Source: a virus. Taken from it: 64,000 nucleotides of DNA. The DNA lies in IMG/VR virus record IMGVR_UViG_3300015263_000627. The stretch is one strand, 5' to 3'. A program made the translations under genes and the position numbers. How positions within the stretch are numbered: the stretch's first letter is position 1; each line of letters starts with the position of its first letter. The notes under the pieces are model-generated. The model ran no database searches and had not been told where the DNA came from. It saw only the letters and a list, made by a program, of their open reading frames with translations. Shown here piece after piece: positions 30,873 through 38,920 of this stretch.

Positions 30873-30904
30873 TTCTTGACATCATAAGAACATTCTGCTA
30901 TGAT
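30845..30904 (+). repeat. 36-bp repeat fused to early promoter (copy 2)
   Basis: TAACCCATTGAAATCTCACGTTTCTTAGTTCTTGAC; TTGACA-17-TATGAT. Confidence 0.85.
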
Positions 30905-30910
30905 TAGCTT

Positions 30911-31050
30911 ATATGTGACGGTGTTACTCCACCTCCCTTGCCCCGGGGGTCGAAGCGTGGTAGCCGAGAGGGAAAAGAGGGCTAACCGGAAAAAAGTCCT
31001 ATTTCCGGGGATGGCAGGGGGGACGCAGCCCATTCAAAAGGCTAGGCAAA
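30911..31050 (+). ncRNA. Candidate structured small RNA
   Basis: GC-rich; ctcccttgcc/ggcagggggg and ccggaaa/tttccgg helices; own promoter; no credible ORF from the predicted TSS. Confidence 0.5.
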
Positions 31051-31054
31051 CTTC

Positions 31055-31114
31055 TAACCCATTGATTTTCCACGTTTCTTAGTTCTTGACATAGACAAAA
31101 TCTTGTGCTAGGAT
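31055..31114 (+). repeat. 36-bp repeat fused to early promoter (copy 3)
   Basis: Identical to copy 1; TTGACA-17-TAGGAT. Confidence 0.85.
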
Positions 31115-31119
31115 TAGTT

Positions 31120-31534
31120 ATGATGACAAAAAGCAAGATCAATACCGCAAGGCTCCGGAACAAGGAACCTTCGACGTATCAGAAAATGCGAGCTATTGTC
31201 CGTAAATGGGATGATTTAATACATTTTATGCATTATGATTATCGCCAAGTTGATACAATTGACCTAAACAGTCACGCTCGTATTCGTATGTCCAAAACAG
31301 CCGAAGGTCACACACTCTTAGAGATTTTGGAAAGCTAACATGACAAAACGTCAAGGATATTACCGCTTTTATAATGCAGGTAAATTCAATGGTCGCGGTG
31401 AGGATCATATTATGTTTTGTTTTTATGGTCCTGATAAAACTCCCGGGCAATGTCAACTTGTTCCGGCTTCACATGCTGCCGCAGAACTTGCAGCAATAAA
31501 GGCAAACCGAGATTATTTACCATTAACGGAATAA
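31120..31534 (+). CDS. Two early hypothetical ORFs (31120-31338, 31340-31534)
   Basis: First is leaderless. Confidence 0.5.
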
Positions 31535-31541
31535 TTCACAT

Positions 31542-31853
31542 ATGACAAAAACAGACCTAATTCGACAAGATGCGCTTGATCACGCCCGTAATGGCGAGTC
31601 GATGCGAAATTATGCTCTCATTATTGAGGGCTTCATGGACAAGGGAATCGCGGAAGATGACATTCTTCCGCGTGAGAATGTGTTCACCTATAATGCATGG
31701 ATGGCACAAGGTCGCCGCGTCAAGCGGGGCGAGCATGGTGTGAAGATCACCACGTTTATCCCGAAAAAGGATAAAAAGACCGGCGAGAAAAAGGGTGTCC
31801 GTCCGTGGATTTCGACAGTGTTCCATGTGACGCAAACGGAGAAGGTAGCGTGA
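31542..31853 (+). CDS. ArdC N-terminal (ssDNA-binding) domain-like protein
   Basis: VFTYNAWMAQGRRVKRGEHG...TVFHVTQT. Confidence 0.7.
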   Translation: MTKTDLIRQDALDHARNGESMRNYALIIEGFMDKGIAEDDILPRENVFTYNAWMAQGRRVKRGEHGVKITTFIPKKDKKTGEKKGVRPWISTVFHVTQTEKVA

Positions 31854-32797
31854 CAAATTTACCGGAACTGTGTTATACGCGCATTCTTGGCGCTGCCCCG
31901 GGTCACCGCATGGGCGTGATCAAATGTGATGTATCGGGATATTATCCTTGTGATTATGATCAAGCGAAATATTCCGATGAACAAATTGAGGATTGGGTTC
32001 GATTGCTGAATGACCGCCTTGGGGTAACCCCGTCGCAACGTTTGGCAATGGAAACTGGTTCAATGTTTGGTTGGGATGTTCCGGGAGCAAATCCGGATAA
32101 TTGGAAAGGTCTGAAATGACAACGCCTAAGATCAAATGGGTCTGGACAACATCGCGTAAATTAACCAGTTATGAAAAACGGTTTACCATACTTGAAGATC
32201 AGTATGGGGCAAAAGTCGAGTATCATATTACGGATCGTCTGAGTTTTCCGAAAGAAAAGGAAACGTTCAACGATTTACGCGAGTGTAAAGCATGGGCACA
32301 GATGATCGTGGATAGGGATAATTTGATATGAACATACCGAAGGTAAAATGGGTCAACCAAAATCCGGGAGCGAGTCCGGATGAAGGTCGTTATTGGGTAA
32401 GTTTGGAAGGTCGATTCTCGATTACCCCAAATTTCCGGCATACGATTTACCCGGACTCTTATACCGTTGTAGATGCTTTACAGCGTCGGGGTCCTGCAAT
32501 GACTCATGTAACCTTTGATACCATTCGGGATTGTAAGGATTGGGCTAACGATCAGGTCCGTATAACATTGGAGAATGCACTGTGAAATTTAGTCGTACTT
32601 TAAATGATGATGTTATTCGTTTACATAATCTTGAACGAGTATTGGCAGATATGGATTTTGTAGCGAATGTAAAAAATACTTTTCGAACAGATGCTATAAT
32701 AGAATCAGTTCGAGAAGAACGAAAATTTGTACAACAATGCTTAGAAGCACAAGTAAAAGCATTTTACAATGAAGAAACTAAGGATTGGCGATGGTAA
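31850..32797 (+). CDS. Four small early ORFs (31850-32119, 32116-32331, 32328-32585, 32582-32797)
   Basis: GTGA/ATGA-type overlaps; two share a PKIKWV/PKVKWV N-terminus. Confidence 0.55.
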
Positions 32798-32913
32798 AAC
32801 GGCGAAGCATAATTGCCCGGGATTTAAAAACCCCGAAATATCGTCCACGTATTGTGGGCAATCGTAAACGGCGAGCTAATAAGCTGGCTTGTCGGGGAAA
32901 GGTAACCGATTAA
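32791..32913 (+). CDS. 40-aa basic ArfA-like peptide
   Basis: IIARDLKTPKYRPRIVGNRKRR resembles the ArfA-type core (L.DP.FRQRV.K.KKG). Confidence 0.5.
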   Translation: MVKRRSIIARDLKTPKYRPRIVGNRKRRANKLACRGKVTD

Positions 32914-33106
32914 GGAAATGAGACTATGAAGAAAAAATCTATATATCTGCGACATAAACCGGTATATCATCCGGATCGTAAACCTTATGTTGTTGACAAG
33001 GTGGTAAATAGTATCGAGTACGATCCGGGTCAATTTCTGACAATAGATCAGGTCCAGAGCCTATGTCGGATGCCGAATTGGACCGTGAACGTAGGGAAAA
33101 AATAAA

Positions 33107-33817
33107 ATGCCAGTGAAAGCACAAGAGAATGGACCCTATATTATAATTCCCCGCATTTCTTATTGGGGTAAGCGGGCAGGTGGTTTCTATAGTCCACTTA
33201 GACCCAAAGGTGCGAATTATGAATGGGGTTTGATTGTAAAAATGAAAAAGTGGGGGGCTGGTTCTCAAAACAACGGTCCTACCGGTAAAAAGAATCGGTG
33301 GTATCAAGGTCGTTTTGGACATAGACCAAAACCCGCAAAGAAAACAAGTTCTACATGATCCTCATTATTCTAATCGGCACTCTTGCCCTTGGAATAATGA
33401 TCGATAGGGCAATAGAGAGGCGAAGATGGCGGTATATCCGGAATGGACGGAAGAATTTACCAATGACCTAAAGCAGATGGTTGTTGGGGATCGTACCCAT
33501 GTTGTGGTCGAAGCCTTGGCTCCGTTTGACCCGGATGCCCCGGTTGGTTTGGTCATGGAATGGGATGAAACGCGAGTTATTATCCGGGTGGATGGTAATC
33601 AGTGGCAGTTTAGACAAAAGGAAAATGTGTCATGAATGAGACAGTGAACGAGATTGTGGAAATTCGTCCGGTTTATAAAAAGAAACACGTTTATAAAGAC
33701 GGTTCGCCGGGGTTCAATCGGGGATTAGCGGAGGTTACCTTGACTCATATCAAGAAAGAAATCGCCGCTAATTCCAAAAATAGGCGCAAGTATCGAGAGG
33801 ATAATTTGATAGCCTAA
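33107..33817 (+). CDS. Small hypothetical ORFs (33107-33358, 33426-33635, 33632-33817)
   Basis: + strand ORFs with RBS or coupling. Confidence 0.45.
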
Positions 33818-33827
33818 AAAAAAGTGC

Positions 33828-33856
33828 TTGACACGATAAAAAAAGTATGATAGGGT
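33828..33856 (+). promoter_or_regulatory. Sigma70 promoter opening the RNA island
   Basis: TTGACA-17-TAGGGT. Confidence 0.55.
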
Positions 33857-34143
33857 AAATATTACAGTAAGGAAAGTTGCGATTTTCCTGTTCACTCGAA
33901 CAAGGGAGAAGCCAATGACCTAGCGGTTAAAAACCGCAATTTTGACGCAGAAAGCATGTGAATGCAGGAATATTGGGGTTTAATTCCCCTACCGGTCAAA
34001 ATAGGAACAAAGAAAAGTCTGTTAAAATTATAATTTTTATAGAGATAAATATAGAGTACCCAGTACCGGTTTGCTGGTTCCGGATAAAAAAATCAGCATA
34101 AACATAAAGTTAAGAAAAAAGTGAGATAAATAGAAAAAAGGGC

Positions 34144-34172
34144 TTGACACGACTAAATAGGTGTGATATAGT
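34144..34172 (+). promoter_or_regulatory. Sigma70 promoter
   Basis: TTGACA-17-TATAGT. Confidence 0.7.
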
Positions 34173-34428
34173 CTCTTTCGTAACTGGAAATAGGAACAAT
34201 GAACACAGGTTGTAAACATAGCAGAATATCACTCACGCAATTGCGTGATCGTGGCATTGCGCCATGTTTAGAATCTTGGTATAAGCCCTTCGGGCAAAAT
34301 ACCGAGTAAAATCCAGCAAGGTCCGCCTTGCTGGTTATCCGGCGAGGCTAAAAACGGACCAAATCCGTAAAAATCTCGCCAGATAAGTTATACGCAGATT
34401 ACAATTTGCGTATAATGCATTTTTTCGC

Positions 34429-34457
34429 TTGACATACAGGCGAGAGAATGTTATGAT
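34429..34457 (+). promoter_or_regulatory. Sigma70 promoter
   Basis: TTGACA-17-TATGAT. Confidence 0.7.
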
Positions 34458-34461
34458 GATA

Positions 34462-34580
34462 GGTTACGGGGTAAGTATAGCCCAACCGCTGGTAGTACGA
34501 TGGCGATAACTTTGCCATCCGGTAGGATTAGACGATGATCCTATTGTCCTTACGGGGTAAGTAAGGGGTGGTTTCGCTAG
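34462..34580 (+). ncRNA. Unassigned multibranch RNA with two GGGGUAA loops
   Basis: 14-nt repeat TTACGGGGTAAGTA at 34464 and 34550; aaccgc/gtggtt closes three hairpins. Confidence 0.5.
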
Positions 34581-34631
34581 GGGTTATTTTCATCATGGAT
34601 AAATCTTTATCCAAGGATTGAAAGAGTTTAT

Positions 34632-34752
34632 GGGGATGTAGCTTAAGGTGGTAAAGCATCTCAACATTTATTCTTCTAATGATATCGTAGAAGAACCGTC
34701 AGATATCGGGCGGTTGTTTAGAAAGATGAGGGTTCGACTCCCTCCATTCTCT
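34632..34752 (+). ncRNA. tRNA-like RNA with branched, expanded anticodon arm
   Basis: Acceptor ggggatg/cattctc, D arm gctt..aagc, T arm gaggg-ttcgact-ccctc; anticodon loop replaced by two hairpins. Confidence 0.65.
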
Positions 34753-34814
34753 GCCCATAGAGAAAGAACGAGGCGTCAGCACACGCCTACAATTCAATTC
34801 TTAGATAAAGATTT

Positions 34815-34889
34815 GCCACCGAAACATTGGTAGTGATGTACCGGTTTCGTAAACTGGAAAACCAAGTCCGACTCTTGGCGGTGGCTCCA
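34815..34889 (+). tRNA. tRNA-Thr(CGT)
   Basis: ccggt-ttCGTaa-actgg; gccaccg/cggtggc; CCA. Confidence 0.85.
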
Positions 34890-34890
34890 T

Positions 34891-34965
34891 GCCTCTTAAG
34901 CATATGTGGTGATGCAGCCGCCTTGTAAGCGGCAGAATCAGATTCGATTTCTGAAAGAGGCTCCA
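34891..34965 (+). tRNA. tRNA-Thr(TGT)
   Basis: gccgc-ctTGTaa-gcggc; CCA. Confidence 0.9.
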
Positions 34966-34971
34966 ATTCAT

Positions 34972-35046
34972 GCTCCCTTCTTCTATCAGCTAGGAACCCC
35001 GGCTTTCAACCGGGAAAAACCGGGGCAGCACCGGTAGGGAGTGCCA
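34972..35046 (+). tRNA. tRNA-Glu(TTC)
   Basis: cccgg-ctTTCaa-ccggg; T loop GGCAGCA; CCA. Confidence 0.85.
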
Positions 35047-35051
35047 ATAAC

Positions 35052-35125
35052 GTCGCAATAGGCTAGTGGCAGACCATATCCTTGGTACGGATAGAACCAT
35101 GGTTCGATTCCATGTTGCGGCACCA
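35052..35125 (+). tRNA. tRNA-Thr(GGT)
   Basis: tatcc-ttGGTac-ggata; CCA. Confidence 0.88.
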
Positions 35126-35217
35126 ATTCAAGAAAATATAAACATTGGTTGCAGCCAATGTTTCTTATCAGTTGCCTTTTACCTTGACCTAACTCTGCAA
35201 AGTTTTTGAGGTAAACT

Positions 35218-35291
35218 GTTTCATATCGTCTAACGGAGAGGACACCGCCCTTTTGCGGCGGGAATATGGGTTCGAGTCCCATTGTGATCTG
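35218..35291 (+). pseudogene. Degenerate tRNA (Glu-like body, TTT anticodon)
   Basis: ccgcc-ctTTTgc-ggcgg; mismatched acceptor stem; no CCA. Confidence 0.6.
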
Positions 35292-35418
35292 CAATTGATC
35301 GGTTTCAAATTAGGAGTTCCTGTAGCTATTACGTGGAACGAAATGCGGGCAGTTATAGCTTCCCCGGCTCCTAAAATGCGCTGGACCCGACGCGGTAAAA
35401 TATCGGGAACAAATTTAT

Positions 35419-35501
35419 GGGCAACTGGCATATGGAAACTGGTACACCTAACGGTTTTAGAAACCGCGCTTTTGAGAGTTCGAGTCTCTCGTTGCCTACC
35501 A
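35419..35501 (+). tRNA. tRNA-Leu(TAG)
   Basis: cggt-ttTAGaa-accg; long variable region; CCA. Confidence 0.85.
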
Positions 35502-35505
35502 ATAC

Positions 35506-35590
35506 GTGGCTGTGGGATAAGTTGAAATAGGAACACACAGCGGGCTTAAAATCCGTTCCTTTGCGAGTTCGAGTCTCGCCAGCCACACCA
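35506..35590 (+). tRNA. tRNA-Leu(TAA)
   Basis: gcggg-ctTAAaa-tccgt; CCA. Confidence 0.85.
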
Positions 35591-35595
35591 ATAAT

Positions 35596-35680
35596 GTCGT
35601 TGTGGGCTAATTCGAAATAGGCACACGTTACTGCCTCAAAAGCAGCGCCTTTGCGGGTTCGAATCCCGCCAACGACACCA
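35596..35680 (+). tRNA. tRNA-Leu(CAA)
   Basis: ctgc-ctCAAaa-gcag; CCA. Confidence 0.85.
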
Positions 35681-35684
35681 ATAA

Positions 35685-35758
35685 GGCTCATTAGTTTAAA
35701 AGTAGAACGTTGCTTTTACACGGCAATTGAAGCGGGGCAGTACCGTTATGAGCTACCA
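35685..35758 (+). tRNA. tRNA-Val(TAC)
   Basis: ttgct-ttTACac-ggcaa; T loop GGCAGTA; CCA. Confidence 0.85.
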
Positions 35759-35767
35759 ATTAAGTGC

Positions 35768-35796
35768 TTGACATGCTCTCAAGAGCATGTTATAGT
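35768..35796 (+). promoter_or_regulatory. Sigma70 promoter for the large ncRNA
   Basis: TTGACA-17-TATAGT; spacer is an inverted repeat (acatgctc/gagcatgt). Confidence 0.7.
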
Positions 35797-35848
35797 GCTT
35801 AGTATGCTCGCAAGAGCATTATAAAACACAAGTAAACTTTATAACTTT

Positions 35849-36722
35849 GGCGGTTTAGCGTCGTCAGGATAGCTTGGAGTGATCCAAGTTAAAGCTGTGT
35901 ATCCTATTAAACAGCGCCCGCAAGGGTCCATCTAAACAAGCCTAGTCGTCCCCGCGAGGGGCTATCAGGGATGATGGTAGTATATATGACGACAAGGTGT
36001 GGTCCGAAAGGATAGGGGTAAGCCTCTGCGAAAGCAAGCCCAACCTAATATCCCGCAAGGATAGCCACACATGCAAACTTGTCTAGTAGGTATCGACAAT
36101 AGGTAGTTACAGTAATCCGATGCTTCGCGGCAAAGGGTGGGTAGCATGATCTTCGGGAGAACGGACCCCGCTATTCGGAGGGGAGACGTATATCCTAGAG
36201 TCAGGTTGAGTAACTCGCAAGGTGAAAAACAGTTGGTGTGTTGTATTTTGTTTCCCAAAAGGAAGCGAAGCAACCGAACCAGCACATCAAAATAGGTTTA
36301 GAAAAAATGATCCATGGCGGATCATCTGCATATGAAGCAGAAAGGATTGGTTCGATTCCAATTTTTTTCACCAGAGAAAACGCAAAGTCTGGTTCGATGT
36401 TGATTGAGAAATGGTCTAAACCAATGGCGGCTTGCCGTAACATTGGCGATGAAGCCCCGCAAGGGTGAAGTTGTTATTTGATCGAATTATCCTAATGGGT
36501 TAGCGCCCATGAATAGCTCGCAAGGCTAAGGGTGAGATGATCGGTGAGTAGATCAACATGACAAGTGAAACGCTACACTTCAAAAAAAGCGACCTTGTTA
36601 CACTACATGCCGAAACGGTATGTGGATGAAAGGGAACCCTTATAGTGCGCTAGTCGCCGCACCCGAGCAGGGTGGGGGATAATCCTAGAAGGTGTAACGC
36701 TAAACCCTGTAGTCTCAAGGGT
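35849..36722 (+). ncRNA. GOLLD-like giant structured RNA
   Basis: ggtttagcgt (35852) pairs with acgctaaacc (36697); many GNRA-capped hairpins; size and tRNA-array context fit GOLLD. Confidence 0.68.
36301..36373 (+). tRNA. tRNA-like element inside the GOLLD-like RNA (anticodon ATG)
   Basis: gaaaaaa/ttttttc acceptor, tctgc-atATGaa-gcaga, attgg-ttcgatt-ccaat, ACCA. Confidence 0.6.
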
Positions 36723-36767
36723 CTAAAATATTCTCCAAGCACATTACAATGTGTTTCGACAATATAA

Positions 36768-36842
36768 GCGTCTTTAATTCATTGGCAGAATGCTTGTTCG
36801 ACACGCAAGATGTAGAAAGTTCGATTCTTTCAAGACGCACCA
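36768..36842 (+). tRNA. tRNA-Val(GAC)
   Basis: cttgt-tcGACac-gcaag; CCA. Confidence 0.85.
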
Positions 36843-36882
36843 TTTCGATAAATATATGTAGTTCCATTGTAGGAGAACATAT

Positions 36883-37047
36883 ATGTTAGAAGGATTAATC
36901 GGATTTGCTATCGGGGCAATTGTTATTGGTGTTATTGCCAATCGCCGCCCTCAATGGTTTGCATCTATTGTAACCATGGCAAATAAAATCGATGATAAAG
37001 TCAACGCTGGTGTTACCAGTATAGTTGAAAAAGTTCAAAACAAATAA
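36883..37047 (+). CDS. 54-aa membrane peptide
   Basis: Late promoter GATAAATA (36847), RBS AGGAG; MLEGLIGFAIGAIVIGVIANRRP. Confidence 0.65.
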   Translation: MLEGLIGFAIGAIVIGVIANRRPQWFASIVTMANKIDDKVNAGVTSIVEKVQNK

Positions 37048-37121
37048 TGTAGTGACCGCAGAAGCGACGAGAGCGCCCGATAAGCGTTTGCAAGAAGGGG
37101 CAGTACCTTCCACTACAACCA
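37048..37121 (+). tRNA. tRNA-Ile(GAT)
   Basis: agcgc-ccGATaa-gcgtt; T loop GGCAGTA; CCA. Confidence 0.75.
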
Positions 37122-37125
37122 ATAT

Positions 37126-37202
37126 GGACCCGTGACCGGAACTGGCTACGGCGCGGACTTTTAATCCGTTTTATGAGAGTTCGAGTCTCTCCGGGTCTGC
37201 CA
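37126..37202 (+). tRNA. tRNA-Lys(TTT)
   Basis: gcgga-ctTTTaa-tccgt; CCA. Confidence 0.9.
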
Positions 37203-37246
37203 ATATAAGGAGAGCATATTATGATAAAAAGAAAGGACAGCATATT

Positions 37247-37525
37247 ATGATAAAAAGAACAAGAATTCTCACTCAGAGATATCAGTTTGATGACTGGCCT
37301 TCAAATAAATCATTCGAAGCAATTGAGTATGATGCATCAGGCCAATTGTTTTGGATTGCATACGACGAAAGTCCTATTCAAGTAATCTTTGAACAGCGAT
37401 CAGCAGAATGTTGTTTTCCAATCGATATTAATATGGCAGAACATATATTCGAAACGTTTGGAAGAAAACTTGATCGATCAAAATTACCAAAAGAAGTTTT
37501 ACATAGTAAAATGTGTATAAGTTAA
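37247..37525 (+). CDS. Hypothetical protein
   Basis: 92-aa ORF with a duplicated translation-start region. Confidence 0.55.
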   Translation: MIKRTRILTQRYQFDDWPSNKSFEAIEYDASGQLFWIAYDESPIQVIFEQRSAECCFPIDINMAEHIFETFGRKLDRSKLPKEVLHSKMCIS

Positions 37526-37526
37526 T

Positions 37527-37601
37527 ACACGCATGGCTTGATGGGGAAGCAATGGACTCTTAATCCATGAAATGCGAGTTCGAATCTCGCTGCGTGTACC
37601 A
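37527..37601 (+). tRNA. tRNA-Lys(CTT)
   Basis: atgga-ctCTTaa-tccat; CCA. Confidence 0.9.
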
Positions 37602-37608
37602 TTTCAAA

Positions 37609-37693
37609 GTTTCGGTGCATTGATGTGCGTATCTTGCAAGATCACATTTGATGAAATCGTGTAAGGGTAGTCGCGTAACCTCACCGAAAGCCA
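37609..37693 (+). ncRNA. Unassigned rod-like RNA ending in CCA
   Basis: tttcggtg/caccgaaa closing stem; inner atgtg/cacat and atctt/aagat. Confidence 0.45.
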
Positions 37694-37698
37694 TTTAT

Positions 37699-37770
37699 AG
37701 GGGAGTAGCTTAAGATAAAAGCGGGACTTCATGAATCCAGTTGGTAGTTCATATCTATCCTCCCCTGCCA
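37699..37770 (+). tRNA. tRNA-Met(CAT), degenerate
   Basis: aggggag/ctcccct; weak anticodon stem with ttCATga; CCA. Confidence 0.6.
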
Positions 37771-37777
37771 ACATTAT

Positions 37778-37851
37778 ATCAGCGAGCGCATGGGCGTGGT
37801 CCGAACTCCAAATCCGGAAACCCGCAGGTTCGACTCCTGCCGCTGGTGCCA
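37778..37851 (+). tRNA. tRNA-Trp(CCA)
   Basis: ctCCAaa loop; gcagg-ttcgact-cctgc; CCA. Confidence 0.85.
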
Positions 37852-37857
37852 TTTCAA

Positions 37858-37932
37858 GGTGCTTTGGTGAATCAGCTATCATTTCTGTCTGTCGAACAGA
37901 TGTAACGGGGGCAGCACCCGTAAGCACCGCCA
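37858..37932 (+). tRNA. tRNA-Asp(GTC)
   Basis: tctgt-ctGTCga-acaga; T loop GGCAGCA; CCA. Confidence 0.85.
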
Positions 37933-37944
37933 ATTCAAATTCAA

Positions 37945-38019
37945 GGCTCATGACGCTGCTGGTGTGGCGATCCGGTTGTCAACCGGCTGAGAGGGGTTCG
38001 AATCCCCTATGAGTCGCCA
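37945..38019 (+). tRNA. tRNA-Asp(GTC), second
   Basis: ccgg-ttGTCaa-ccgg; CCA. Confidence 0.85.
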
Positions 38020-38023
38020 ATAA

Positions 38024-38100
38024 CAGGGTATGGGAAAGTCTAGTAATCCGCTACTTTCGGAAAGTAGAGAGCGTTGGAGCGAAGCCAACTGCCCTGACCA
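38024..38100 (+). tRNA. tRNA-Pro(CGG)
   Basis: ctact-ttCGGaa-agtag; C1-G72; CCA. Confidence 0.85.
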
Positions 38101-38104
38101 ATAC

Positions 38105-38192
38105 GCGCCATGGTGTAAGACACGGGAGAGACTTATAAACTCTTTAGCATCAGATGGGTGTTCTTGACTTGGGGCAGTACCAAGATGGCGCA
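38105..38192 (+). tRNA. tRNA-Ile(TAT)-like with long variable arm
   Basis: gcgccat/atggcgc; agag-a-ctTATaa-a-ctct; long V arm; no encoded CCA. Confidence 0.6.
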
Positions 38193-38254
38193 CATAGACT
38201 CCAAATTATGATAAATAGATGTAATAATCTGTCCTCTAACTTGGAGTATAAATA

Positions 38255-38845
38255 ATGTATTACACCATTTACAAAATAACCAATAAAACCAACAACAAAT
38301 ATTATATAGGCAAACATCAAACCAATAACATTGATGATGGTTATATGGGTTCCGGTAAATTATTACGCCGCGCTATCAATAAACATGGAATAAACAATTT
38401 TGTTAAGGAAATTCTCCATATATTTGATAATGAACAGGATATGAATAATAAGGAAAAAGAACTTGTTGTTATTGGAGAACAATCATACAACTTATGTGAT
38501 GGTGGTAAAGGTGGGTTTGGATATATAAACAAACTTCCAAATCAATCTTGGCGTATTAAAACTGGAAAAATTACTTCGCAAAAATTAAAAAATAAATCGG
38601 GGAATGATCATTGGAAAAATATATCCAGATTATCTCATGAAAAATATTCGAATTTAGGATTTCGTAGTTATTCAAAAAAACAACAAAATAAATGGAAATT
38701 ATTAGGCAGTAAAAACGCACAAACACCAGAAGCTAAAGAAAAAAGAGCAAATACATGGAAAATAAAAATACAGAATGGTTGGAAACCCCACAATTGGAAG
38801 ATGAAGAATGTGAAGTCTGTCGTTATACAGGTCAGAAACCCATAA
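38255..38845 (+). mobile_element. GIY-YIG (SegB-like) homing endonuclease in the tRNA array
   Basis: YTIYKITNK...YYIGKH...GYMGSG...YNL; late promoter ATAAATA at 38211. Confidence 0.88.
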
Positions 38846-38920
38846 AACTGAAAAGACAATGGGTCCATTACTTTCCCTTAAAGGGAAGGATTGTGGTATG
38901 TAGATCAAAAAGGTATAATC

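Noticed and set aside
33860-33985. tmRNA (GCC AAT GAC reads A-N-D; T-arm-like 3' end)
   Set aside because: No GGGG/CUCCA Ala acceptor with G3:U70, the tag does not end in hydrophobic AA, and no partner piece for a permuted gene was found
35309-35375. SRP (4.5S) RNA
   Set aside because: Rod-like with a GAAA loop, but the CAGG/AGCAG symmetric loop geometry is not convincingly present
35849-36722. Group I/II intron
   Set aside because: It does not interrupt a gene or tRNA, and no P7 or domain V consensus was recognised
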